DNA of 64,000 nucleotides from Magallana gigas (Eukaryota): NCBI RefSeq assembly GCF_963853765.1, contig NC_088853.1, positions 16,678,001 to 16,742,000 of the forward strand, read 5' to 3'. Shown piece by piece: positions 20,736 to 31,300 of this stretch (position 1 is its first letter; each line of letters starts with the position of its first letter). The notes under the pieces were generated by a model. It saw only the letters and a program-made list of their open reading frames with translations, ran no database searches and was not told where the DNA came from. The position numbers and the translations under genes were made by a program.

Positions 20736-23079
20736 CACCCCCCCCCCCCCCCCCCCAAGATTTGATTTTGGGTTTTCTTTCTAGACTTTCTCGAAATATT
20801 GTTACTTTTTTAAGAAAAAGCCATTAAACATTACACTTCAATATGTACCAGATCCTTATACAATTTTGGTTAGTTAAAAAAACCAACACAAAATTTGTTC
20901 AAAAGCTGCTAAAGCGATCGGGCTTGAAATTCTCCAGCAGTAATCAAATAAACAAAATTAATATAAAACATCTTACCTTGACTCCCACACAGATTTCTAT
21001 TGTTGCAGATCTTCGTACTATTACAACAAGCCTCGCAAACAATAGAGTTTTGTTTCCCTAAAACTCTTTGAAGTTGTCGGTTTCGAGGAAACTCACCGCA
21101 GACCTGTTCAAAGCAATCGAGTACGCTAATTCATTTCTATTACTAAATGCGTTACTGAATATAGTAACCTTTCACCGGCAACCTTTATAACCAAAGGTTA
21201 AAGTTCATTGTTTATACAACACGTACGTAATGGTCTGCGCATCCTAGGTCATACATCAAGTGACCGGCTGCATTAACATACTTCTGGACGTAACATTGCT
21301 GAAATACAAAAAATCCGTGCTTTAAAGTAAAAGGCTTGACAATAGGTGACCTTTTTAATAAATAAAATCTAGTAACTATAATAATTATTAATAGGTAACT
21401 TTGGAATGCCATATACATTTTTTCGATCGAATGAAAAAAAGCGATGTACATATTTTATTCTCGTATAACAAATAGATATAGAGGATCAAGATTTTTTTGT
21501 TTTCTAGAGGTATTAAGGCATTTTTGCACGACTTTGCTATGCTTGTTACATATATTAAGTTGATTAAAAACCACTATCGGGGATTCAATGATTGCATACA
21601 TAAGTTTCAATATTTTTTCAAGAGTCGGGATCCAGGATAACCTGACCCCCTGTAGAATCATTTTAAATTGTTTACCCCAACTTAGTCAATACAGTATATA
21701 CCAGTAGATTATAGATCTTAGACAGGTGTCAGTATTCTCACCTCGTGACTTCCGCATTCGGTCACAAAGGAGCACTCCGTGGGTTCTGGAATACCCTTAC
21801 AGGAGAGGCACGTCTGTCCAGCATTCACAGCTAGATCAATGTCATTGGTTAAGATTTATACATAATGATATGGTTGTTGAAAAGTACATGATATTTAGTA
21901 GCTCATGAACCGTGTTGCAGATAATTTGAATCGAAATATTTTGAAAATGTTTGAACTAAATTGAAAAATTAAAGTCATGACATGATTGCTTTGGAGCATT
22001 TGGTTTAAACTTAGCAAAGACGGTATCAATTTTTGTTCTTCAAAAAAGTCATTTCATTTACACTTGTCTTTCATACACGGTAAACAAATCATGATTTCTT
22101 AGGCTTTTTTATCAAATATATCAAAGTTCTTTGCATATACATGATTGTACATTTCCACAATAAAAGTTATCATTGGAAACAATCAAAGCAATGGTTATTT
22201 GTCATGTGACAATAATGGCACGATACACTGGCCTACTTTGTTCACGTGACTCACCGTATATCGCTACTGATGTCAAGAAGAAGGCAAGCTCTAGCCTGAA
22301 TTAAAAAAAGGTTGGAGTAAAAATTAAACATATAGCTATTTAGAACACGATCAGAAATATGCACAGCAATGTACTAGAGTAGTAATTATATTTCGTACGT
22401 CGAGATTGAGACAAAAACATCTATGACGAACTTAATGTATTTTCTTCCTCTGGAAAAGAATACTTCTTATATTCATTTCTAATAGCTCAAGAAAAAAAAC
22501 AATAGCAAAACGTGTTGGTAAGAGATAAACATTTTCGTTAAAATGGACTTTTATATTCACTAAAACTTATTATATACACCAAAGAAAATCATGGATCTTT
22601 CTTGGACGTTACATTAATTTTTAATCAAGAAATCAAAACATGTATTATTGCCCGATAAAAATTTGAATCCTCTTAAACTGAGTATAATACGTTGGATCTC
22701 ATTGTTGTCACTTGCAGGTAAGTCCTCTCCGAACGTCTCACAAAATTCTGTTATATTTATCAAAATCCAGGAATTATTTGAATCCTCTTAAACTGAATAT
22801 GATACGTATATTATATTATTTATTAGCATAATCTATTTGGTGAATGTCGAATTTACTGGGTGAACATGTGCTACACGTTATACAATTTTGCGAAAAATTA
22901 CAAGCAGTCATGTAAATAATTCAAAAATTATTGTATGACACATAGTTTGTTAAAAAAACTTATCATAACTTACCCCCTCTGTAAAATTCATAAAACCAAA
23001 GTCTACTTATTTTGAAACAAACAGTTTAAAAACAATGAGTTGCGTAACTCTCACATTACCTGTAATTCTGTAAAATCAT
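3456..23079 (-). CDS. Secreted protein of ~481 aa: signal peptide, 2 Ly6/uPAR (three-finger) domains, ShKT, Ser/Thr mucin stalk, 2 ShKT. Exons 23079-23060, 22295-22255, 21830-21742, 21298-21227, 21103-20977, 20644-20550, 18328-18251, 17691-17592, 17110-17003, 16556-16095, 15747-15619, 3580-3456.
   Basis: All 12 exons have GT-AG boundaries and matching phases, summing to 1446 nt with no internal stop. N-terminus MILQNYRLELAFFLTSVAIYAVNAG. LU signatures CEACCNSTKICN and CSRCCEGDLCN. ShKT units CLDRNPFC...CPGTCSLC, CIDAKNIDC...CPLTCGIC and CKDTIPNC...CKRYCNRC. An additional exon could be hidden in the 15753-15972 gap. Confidence 0.85.
3644..4742 (+). repeat. Left TIR (~1.1 kb) containing five ~128-bp tandem units (starts ~3748, 3884, 4012, 4140 truncated, 4236) and a ~70-bp imperfect direct repeat (~4559-4630 and ~4659-4722)
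   Basis: Inverted match to 14262-15123. Similarity ends at ...AAATCTCATATT (4742). Confidence 0.92.
5621..5796 (+). promoter_or_regulatory. Putative pPolB core promoter and non-coding first exon
   Basis: CCAAT at ~5621, TATAAAT at 5672, initiator-like TCAGTT at 5701 (29 bp after the TATA), donor AAG|GTAGGA at 5796/5797, and acceptor TTTTACAG at 6172 eight nt before the ATG. Motif-based only. Confidence 0.4.
6181..10129 (+). CDS. Protein-primed family B DNA polymerase, ~1274 aa, from two coding exons (6181-6496 and 6621-10129). Order: two N-terminal C2H2 fingers, terminal-protein-like region, vOTU-like Cys protease, 3'-5' exonuclease with an endonuclease-VII/HNH-like insert, polymerase.
   Basis: Phase-1 intron CAAG|GTAAGT...TTTTCACAG|GT joins the 6181 ORF in frame to the 6740 ORF (3825 nt in total). 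Exo motifs YADFE, FHNLKGYD and YMETDV. Pol motifs YLDANNLYGWAM, KLMNNSVFGKT and TDTDS. NTDQKCFMWS...SHYCWI Cys/His pair. HCHVTGKFRGAAHSSCN insert. AATAAA at ~10203. Confidence 0.93.
10487..12127 (+). CDS. A32/FtsK-like (Polinton packaging-type) ATPase, 546 aa, fused to an N-terminal C2H2 finger plus polyQ and a C-terminal C2HC finger, helical region and acidic tail
   Basis: Walker A GPTSSGKT, Walker B LVILDDLM, A32-like LFTEGSHHRNLSVMAINQN and YGYLLVD. Fingers CNHC..HVKHKH and CDDC..HVKRWC. Upstream TATAAAA at ~10387 and ~10427. AATAAA at ~12190. Confidence 0.85.
10572..10800 (+). repeat. Coding CAG/CAA polyglutamine tract with HQLQQQ sub-repeats
   Basis: (CAG/CAA)n interleaved with repeated CACCAACTACAGCAGCAG. 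Confidence 0.95.
12315..13427 (+). CDS. Retroviral-like (rve, DDE) integrase with C-terminal chromodomain, ~370 aa, Polinton c-INT type
   Basis: D-D-E motifs QWDADLMDM, IRTDKGQEF and VERVIKTIK. FRFKVGDRVRI module. Chromodomain FKVEKIL...YLVKWLHWPTKFNSWV. The ATG at 12315 follows a TATA-like TTATATAA at ~12254. Confidence 0.93.
   Translation: MSWENYLKQVYYNPVNAGSFSGPDKLYRYVRKEGKYVLSKYKIRKWLQRQDAYSLQRGVRRHFKRNRVVTLGIDDQWDADLMDMSKYAKQNDGVAFVLVVIDIFSKFLWMRPLKDKKGQSVTSAFEHILRDGRRPTRIRTDKGQEFRARVFNEFLNTRNIEHLYAQNTETKANYVERVIKTIKAKVYRYITYQQSYRYVDHLHDFAANYNATYHRTIGMPPDKVTKAKETDVWWRMYWPKKAPVISKPKRVRKPFRFKVGDRVRISHLRNVFTREYDEKWSGEIFVVSERRLRGGLPVYRLKDYLNDEIKGTFYQAELQKVDVREDDEFKVEKILRTKGRGRNKQYLVKWLHWPTKFNSWVNADDMKGYP
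14262..15123 (-). repeat. Right TIR (~0.86 kb) with three of the ~128-bp units, one of them internally deleted
   Basis: Reverse complement of 3644-4742 with fewer repeat units and scattered substitutions. Confidence 0.92.
15188..15288. mobile_element. Short MITE, CAGGCACGTAGCATC family
   Basis: Inverted termini CAGGCACGTAGCATCG / CGATGCTACATGCCTG, flanked by TTAA on both sides. Same family as ~36760-37112. Confidence 0.55.
15753..15972. other. Assembly gap (N run) inside an intron of the LU/ShK gene
   Basis: Run of N. Confidence 1.
18957..19071. repeat. ~115-bp near-perfect palindrome (foldback)
   Basis: CACAGAGGCATCGTATCCGCTCTACCCTCTATGACATATATA pairs with TATATATGCCATAGAGTGTAGAGCGGATACGGTGCCCCTTGTG. 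The centre AATAATACATGTATTATT is itself palindromic. Confidence 0.85.
20695..20757. repeat. (GA)n microsatellite followed by a poly-C run
   Basis: Direct reading. Confidence 0.95.
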
Positions 23080-24315
23080 GTCGTCTCTGATTTTCTCGTG
23101 GCCACGGTAACCCAATTATCGTTTCTCTTATCACGTGACCTACGATCCTTTGGGTCACATACGTCAATTATTAAATAACAGCTATGTGTTCCGAAGGTGC
23201 CAATGCTTAGAGGTAGCACAGATTAAAAGTTCATGTACTATTACCTACGTGGTTCCTTATTTCCTTATACCTTTACCGATTTAATTTTTTTTCACCGAGA
23301 GCATATAACCACAAAATATTATGACATCTCAAAGTGTTCCTGTATTTATAAACGTAACAAAAAGAAAAGACTTTGGTAAATCTGCATTATGAAATCTACT
23401 TACAATATATTGGTATATATGTCAGAAGCTGCATTCATTATTAATCGACATTTGAAAAATATTACTCTCGAATGTCCTATAAACCTTTCAAGGTGCACAT
23501 TGATGATAGAGTGAATCATTTTGGTACAAATACGAATCTACTATACTAAAACAACTTTTCTCTGACAGATAACAGTTAACAGTGCAAAATCGATACGCTT
23601 AGATAGGAAATAGTTTCCTGGTTTTGCAATAATGTTAAGAAATCATGTTAAGAATATATTTTGTTTATAATAACGTAGAGTTTTCATTTCTCATAATCGC
23701 ATGCACAATTCTATTAATTTTAAGCTCCGTCTTAGTACAACTATCGACTTGATTATTATGTTTTTCCGGAACTTCCGGTTTTACTAGAAAATGGCACTAA
23801 AACGGATATTGTAAAGATTCTTTGTCGCTATATTTAGACAGTTTTAATCCCGATGTACAATCAAGCCACCATAATGTGGTTTTATGTGATATTAAATTAT
23901 CAGCTGAACGTGCATAGGTCTATAGGACTTGAATATTTACCAAATTTTTATAGCACTTTATGTCTTTGATCAAGAAGGATTTACCATAATATTAGATCAG
24001 TAGGCTTACATGACTAAGAAACATATAATAGTCGACTGTTATGAAAATTGTGTCTTTGTCTAAAATTTGCAGATTTGTACAGTTTGACGTATTAACCAGC
24101 ATATTGAATTCAAAAACGATGGTTAATTAAAGAAATTTTATTTCTACGTTATACTTATTTAATACTCTTGTAGAAATGGGTGAGTTAATTACTCCCCCCA
24201 CACACTTTTTTTGTTTTTTAAGTATTTTCCTTTTATACATACGTTGCTGAAAAAGTTTGATGTTGTTGCTATCATCGGCTTATATTTAGCTTGAACACTA
24301 AAATTTAGTAAATGA

Positions 24316-24377
24316 TACTGTGGAATCATTAGAGTTCGTGGTGGCTCAATTTTCGTGGTTTTCGTAGGTAGTCCCCC

Positions 24378-24408
<31 letters not shown>

Positions 24409-24561
24409 GAATATAAATCCTCAACGAATACAATTTTAGAAAGAGTTATCTTTATACTGAAACAGTAACCGACGCATCCACGAAATTACATCCCCGCGAA
24501 TGAACAAAATAGTCACAGTCCAGGAAAGTTGTCCCCCACGAGTTTAAATGATTTCACATTA
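24316..24561. mobile_element. MITE of the TACTGT...ACAGTA family (degenerate right end)
   Basis: Starts TACTGTGGAATCATT and ends AATGATTTCACATTA, an imperfect inverse. Confidence 0.5.
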
Positions 24562-26076
24562 CACGCAGAACATTACACGTTTGTTGAGGTGGAGTGTTTC
24601 ACTTACTTTTTATTTAACGATCGTCAAAGTATCGTGTTTGAAGTGTGATTTCATTGTTTAGAGAAATATATAAGCTTTTAGCTATTTTATATCAATTTTT
24701 GGAATTTGTTTAATAGTAAGTACTTTGTTTGAGAGTAAGACAAAGACGCATTAATTCTTTGCTTTGAAAACTTACATTAGTTCATTAGTTCATTAAAAAT
24801 AATTATAGTTATATATAACAAATGATCAGCAAGTCATGATCTCGATACCCGTGTTTTTATACACTTTAGACCTTTTTTAAAAGACTTTTTAAAATGCAGT
24901 TCATTGTCTAGAAAATATATGATGTTTTACTAAAATCAATATTTCAAGATATCCCATACCACCATAATACATTTTAGAATACGTTTTAGACGTTCATGTT
25001 TGTTTCATTTTTTACCACATTCCCTTGGAAAACAATTGCAATTTACCTGACATATTTTAAGATATCTTTTTGTCTAAAGTTATTCTTTTCTCTAAAGAAA
25101 AATAGTAAATCATCTTTAAAAATCAGTAGTCTTCAATAAGTGTATGGTATTTACTCATTTCAAACCATTTTTGGGAGTTGATTTTAATCAACTCCCCTAT
25201 GCAGTTACTCTGGCAAACCGGAAGTGAAAAGTGGTTGGATATACTAAAGACCAGAAATACTATAAAGACCTGAATGACCTGAAACTGTATATAAATGATT
25301 TACTTTTATGTTTTAAATGACCTTGTGTGTGTGATTATTATTATATTTCCATATGAAATGTGATAGAAAAATATCATGAAATGACATCCATCTAAATTAT
25401 TTACGCAAAAATATGAAAGACTTGAAAAATTGATTTGATCTGACTTGAAATTCTATATAAATAATACGTTTCTATGTTCTGCGTCAAATTAGATGACTAT
25501 GTGTGGGGTTTTACCATACTATTTAATGTAGTTCGGAATTCTTATTGGAAAAGCCAAAAAAATCAAAATAGAAGAAATGTGTGCAATATTATTCATATAC
25601 AGCTAAGGAAATATTTGCCAAGCAAAATAACATATCGTTGGTTTTAGCACAAATATAATCAATAAAATCAACTCCCGTCAGTACTTCAGTACTCTGGTTT
25701 AGAATGAGAACAACAGGAGAAGTAATGCAGATCAGTTTATTCTTCATTGGAGCAAATCGATAAGATATAATCATCTTTAAATTTGAAAAGCAGAAAAAAA
25801 CAACTTGAACAAATACAAACATTTTGGTGTTGTGTGAATATTTTAAAAAGTCAATGTTATAACAGATGAATGTTTATGTTCGGGATATAAAAGATGTCGG
25901 ATAAAGAAGGTTCTTGAAGGCTAAATCGTACTCTCTATTAAAACTTCGAGGCACTTGCTAAACATAAACTCTTAGATTTACAGAACAGATTGTCTAATAG
26001 GACGGATTTTAGATGAAATAAGACGCTTCTTTAACAAGACTGGTGTTTGAATATGCAAATTACAAGAGACAGAAGG

Positions 26077-26755
26077 CACTGTAAACCAATCTGTATTCGC
26101 GTGTGAGAAATTTTAGCAATGTTTGCGAGAGCCTCAGCCTCGCAAATAATAGAGAGGTTGAGATTTCAAACTTGTACGGGTACGTGTACGTGAACTAGGG
26201 GAATCACCTAAATTATTCGCGTATTACGTCATCAGTTTTTGTGACGACATGGTTTCTACACGTTCTCTAAACTTGTAGAGTGTCGTCTACACGTAAGTAC
26301 AAACGTGTAGCTTTTTACAACAAATAAAATCTTATTGATGAGTGAATGTATTCTGTTGATACATCATATAGATTTTTAAACTTCATTTGCATGAAAATTG
26401 ATAAAAAAATTACCATTTATTTGGAATTAACTAAATTAATTCATGTCACATAACTGCGTCAATTTACGTACACGTTTATATCCTATACGGCTACAAGTTA
26501 AGAAATCTCAACTGATAAATTACAAAAACGTGTACGTGTACGTGTAGTTTTAACACACGTACGCGTACTCGTACACGTTTTAAATCTCAACCTTTCTATT
26601 GTTTTCCGTGAACCAGTCATGATATGTATATGGTAAATAAGTCTCCAAATAATCTACATCTCAGATCACGAAAGTTGGTCGCCGCGAACCATTTCATCTA
26701 CAAGAAAATCGCGAATAAAGTCGTCGCGAATCAACAATTGGCTTAGGCCTACAGT
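26077..26755. mobile_element. Nested MITEs: an outer CTGTAAAC...ACAGT element containing an inner TA-flanked element at 26152-26596
   Basis: Inner TIRs GAGAGGTTGAGATTTCAAACTTGTACG / CGTACACGTTTTTAAATCTCAACCTTTC with TA on both sides and internal CGTGTACG repeats. Confidence 0.65.
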
Positions 26756-27226
26756 TTTTGAGTTATGAAACTCGAATCCGTCCGTCTCTTGTAATATGCA
26801 TATTAGTATATGGCAGGTGTTTTGGATTGTGTACTAGTTGCATTAGCCAGGCTTTCAAAGTGTCTGATGAGTCAGATAATGCAAATGTTCGGGATATACA
26901 GTTTAACGGATAAGGCAGGTATTCGAAATGTTAAGTTAGGTAATTGTAAAGAGAAGTGGAAGAACATAAACTGGCAAAGGAAATAACCAGAAAATACTGG
27001 ATAAGACAAGGCAGAAAAAGTATATCTCCTGTTATGACTCTCATGAGAAGTATGTATGAGGAATATACATCAAATAACTTTTGATTATTTTTTTTCGGAT
27101 ATCTCTGTACGCAGACAGAAAAAAATGGATCAAACAAAAGCATGAGCAGTTTAGTTTTATAATAGAACTCAAGTATCTAATACAATCTTAGACCAGAGAT
27201 ATGTCTTGGAAAAATAAACATCCGTA

Positions 27227-28243
27227 TACTGTGGTTTCATCAATATTCGTTAAATACCAATTTTCGTTGATTCCGTCGTTAAGTTTATCCTTGAAATTAA
27301 ATATTCATTGAACTACAATTTCTACTAATATTTTGTATTGATAGGGTCATTGGCCACGAATTTACTTATCCTTGAAACTGTGATTTTCACTTTCTCCACG
27401 AAAATTGATACCCTTGAATATTAAAGCTATACACGCTATAATTTACGTCAATTTTGAATGACAGTGAAAACGCATGTGTTTGTCTACTTATAAAAGTTAT
27501 CCTTAATCTGTAAATTACAATGGTGAAGTCCATCTCGTTACAAAGATGTAGATTTTTAATTGTTTATTTTCCTGCCAGGAAAATATACCTTTTCATGAAT
27601 ATTGATGAAGGCAGAGCGAAACCGACCTCATTGCGCATGTCCGCGTAGAACTAGGTGGTCGTTATTGTTTGCCTAATTAAATATTCAAATTGATTTTTAA
27701 TATGCTTAACAGTTGTTAATTTGAAATACATACATGTATAATGAGTAAAATACGTTTCTCATTCACGATACCCTTAATTCTGCATTAACACTTATAGGAT
27801 CTATAAATAGCACACAGGGGAAAAACACAGGTCTACGTAATTTTTTTAAAGGAAGTATTCATATCTACTCACAGGCTTGTATTTTTTCTTTTGTTTGCAC
27901 TCGTATATCGGACAAATTTATGCTTTACTGAAAATATCCTTTCCTTTGTGAAACTATCACAATTATGAAGATGTTAACCCTTCACCAGTTTTGGTATGAT
28001 AGGCTAAATTTAGCTGTCGCTATCACGTGATAGATTGATATTCACGAGGAGGCATTACTTTCCTGGCAGGAAAATAAATATTTTTTATTGTTTAATATTT
28101 GACATATTTGTTACGTGATCGAATTGAGCATTATAATTAACAGAATAAAGGTAACTTATATTAGTAATCAAACACAAACATTTTCCCCTTTATTCAAAAT
28201 TGACGCAAATTATAGCGTGTATAGCTTTAATGAAACCACAGTA
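27227..28243. mobile_element. MITE (TACTGTGGTTTCAT...ATGAAACCACAGTA) interrupted by a non-autonomous Kolobok-like element at 27425-28226
   Basis: Outer perfect 14-bp inverted ends. Inner ~35-bp TIR AGCTATACACGCTATAATTT(A/G)CGTCAATTTTGAAT with TTAA TSD (27421-27424 and 28227-28230). A TTAA TSD with AG..CT termini fits Kolobok. Confidence 0.75.
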
Positions 28244-28301
28244 GATTGATGAAGTAAAACATTTCCAATTGCAGAAAGAGATACGCTATAAAGTCACATC
28301 T

Positions 28302-31300
28302 CTAAAAACAGAGTTGTTTACATTTGATAAGGCTTTGCATTCTTCTATAACAAGAACCAAAACAATCCGACATTAGTCGGCGGTTCCGTACGAAATGTTG
28401 GCGTTTTGCAATCCGATTGGTCTGAATGAGCTCTGTGACGTCATAATCAAATATAGTCGGAGATTGACGACTGAGCATGTTCTGATAGAGATTCCATAGT
28501 AGAGTTCTTACGTCAAATATTGAGAAATCAGATGATTTAATGTCGAAAAAATCGTCATGAAACTTGTCCTTCATGCTGGTTTCCGAATGATCTATTTGCA
28601 CGGTTTTCTCGGCAGTGTTCTTAACCGGTAGTGTTGAACCTAAAACGAAAGTGAAAATTGAAAGTGAAAAATGTCCATCATTGATTTAAAAAAGTTAGTT
28701 AACAAAGGACGCTGAATTTTCAATATATAACCCATCTTAAATTTTAGGTATAGGTTTCTTTAGCCATAAAACTATTGTTAGGTAAAGAAAAATCTCAAAC
28801 ATTTTAATTTTGAAGTTTTAATAGTGAGTGTTTTAATCACATAATTATCTTATAGCTCTCTAGTCTAATAGTACATTGTAAGTTCACACAATCATTACAC
28901 CAAAGCACCAACTGCTTTGTCTGGGGGGTTTTTCTTGCTGAATAAGGATCAAACAAACTTTTAGTCATACATGTCTAATAGTAAATTTTGTATTAGCGCC
29001 AACCCAGTAAATTCAAAATTTACAGCATGGCACGTAATTCAGTTTTATTTATTTCAAAAAGTAAAATTTAACATAGAGAAATCAACAAAACTCTTTAATT
29101 GCCAAACGATAACATTTTACATATGATCAAACTAACTAAAAACAATACCTACTTCCGTTTCAAAGTTTTGCGCCAATTAATTCATTTGTTTCCCGTCTAT
29201 ATATTTTATGTTTCTATTTTAATGTAATATAAAACGGTTGCTGATTAATGAAAATTTTAGTTTTCAGATGTCAATTGTCCCAATAACACTAACTTTTATC
29301 TTATCAAAGTTACGATGGTTAAAATGTTTGTTCAAACTACTTTTTTTTTTTAACAATGTAAATAAAACACATTAAAAAAAGAGAGAAAAAATGTATTAGA
29401 ACTGAGGAAAGTAAGGAAAATTTAATGTATTTTAATGAATTATTACTTAGCACGTATCTAATATTAATGTCACGAAATCTGAAACAAATTACAAATTATG
29501 TACGGATCTTTAAATGTCATTGAACATTTCGTAAGAATCATTTTAATATGTTATTTTCAAATTTTAAAGTTCAGTATATTTTTGAATGTTGCATACTATT
29601 TTATTAGGTTGATATACTTTCTCTAATCAAAACATACCTAAAGAACTTGTCTAGTATGTAATTTCAGTGACGCCTAACTTAATTTACCTTTGGCGGGCTT
29701 ATACTGAATAAACAATATGAAAAATTATGTCAGTCTGTCTCGATTTTTGAAAAAAAAATATCCAGCTTTATATTAGAAGAGAAAATCTACACACGGAATC
29801 AAAACTGTCATATTTCTTTGCACGTTTTATTACTAAATTTTGTAAGTTTAACATTCATCCGAATAATAGCAGTTTCTATAGATGAGTTGCATTTAATACT
29901 CTCCTTATTCTTACCTTTCTACAAAGAAGGCGGTATATTTAAATGAGGTTTAAATAGTCTTAAAAATTGTCTGAATGCTGAGACTCCTTAATCTTTTATT
30001 TCTATACAGAACTCTCTTTTTGTGGAGATTTAAATAGTCTAAAAAAGTACAGACTGCACAGTAATTTTTAATAAGCCACATGTCTCTTCATTAGGTATAC
30101 TGGAGCCGCGCTATCATCATAGACATGCATTGCACTTATTGACATCGGTGAAGCTTCCAACACAATTTCTATAAAAGATGGAATGCGGTCTCCTGGTATA
30201 CTCCATTGTACTATGACACCCTGTTTCATTTGAGTAACTCAGCAATCATTATTTATAACAGTTTGTAGCAGTTTCCATTCACAAATGTTCAGGCCATATC
30301 ATATTGGCAATTGCCACGTACCTACACAGATGTCGAGAGCTAAGAGGCGTTAATGGACCTATTCAAAGGAGGGGAAAAATTAGTTTCAAAGCTATACAGA
30401 CATTCTTGCATTATCATCAAACGATGTTTTGCAAGGCATCGTGATGTGAAACTAATGTATTTGCAATCGAATTCTTTTTAAATATAAAATTAAAGAAATA
30501 ATTATTTGCTTTGTGAACGTATGAGATATTTTTATACTAAATTAATTTCAGCAATTTAGCCTTAAATGTTTAGTGGATGTGTTTGATAAAGACGAATCAT
30601 TTAGACCTATCTATAGAATTAAGACTTTAAGGAAATGGGACATCGTTCTATTTGCCATTGGTTATTATTATAAACTTTACCCTACATATAATAAAAAGCA
30701 ACCCGTTTCTATCCGCACCCTAATAATTTACGATCCGTTTCTATCCGGATATAGTACATGTTTAAGAAAACCGCCTATAAATAGGTTCAAACATTAGACA
30801 TTCTAACATTTAAGATTCATTCAAAAAAAAGATAACAGTTTGCTTCCTAAGAGAAATAAAAATGCACATGAAGGGTGAATTCGGCCATAGATATTGACAG
30901 GCACATAATTTATCGTCGAGCATCAAGGGACGAACGTCGCCATATTTCTCCTCGTTGACGTAGTCAAAACGTTTTTTCATTCCTTCGGTAGCATTGTTTA
31001 ACTCACATTTGCCCACTTTAAATAGCCATTAATATTTGTTTAATTATAGAGTCTTGTATACGGTTTAAGATTAACCGTATTTTGCAATCACGGGATATGC
31101 ATGTAGTTAAACGAATCAAATAAAGAGTTTTGTACTGAACAGGCCTAGCTGTTGCTCGATCTGAGATAAATTTTTTTTTTACCAAAAAATCAATCTAAGG
31201 TCAGACTATAAATTTTATACAGTATATAGAACAAATTAAATGGACAGAAAAAATATCTGGGACAATGTGGTTTTGATTTAAAACTAGATTAATACCCCGA

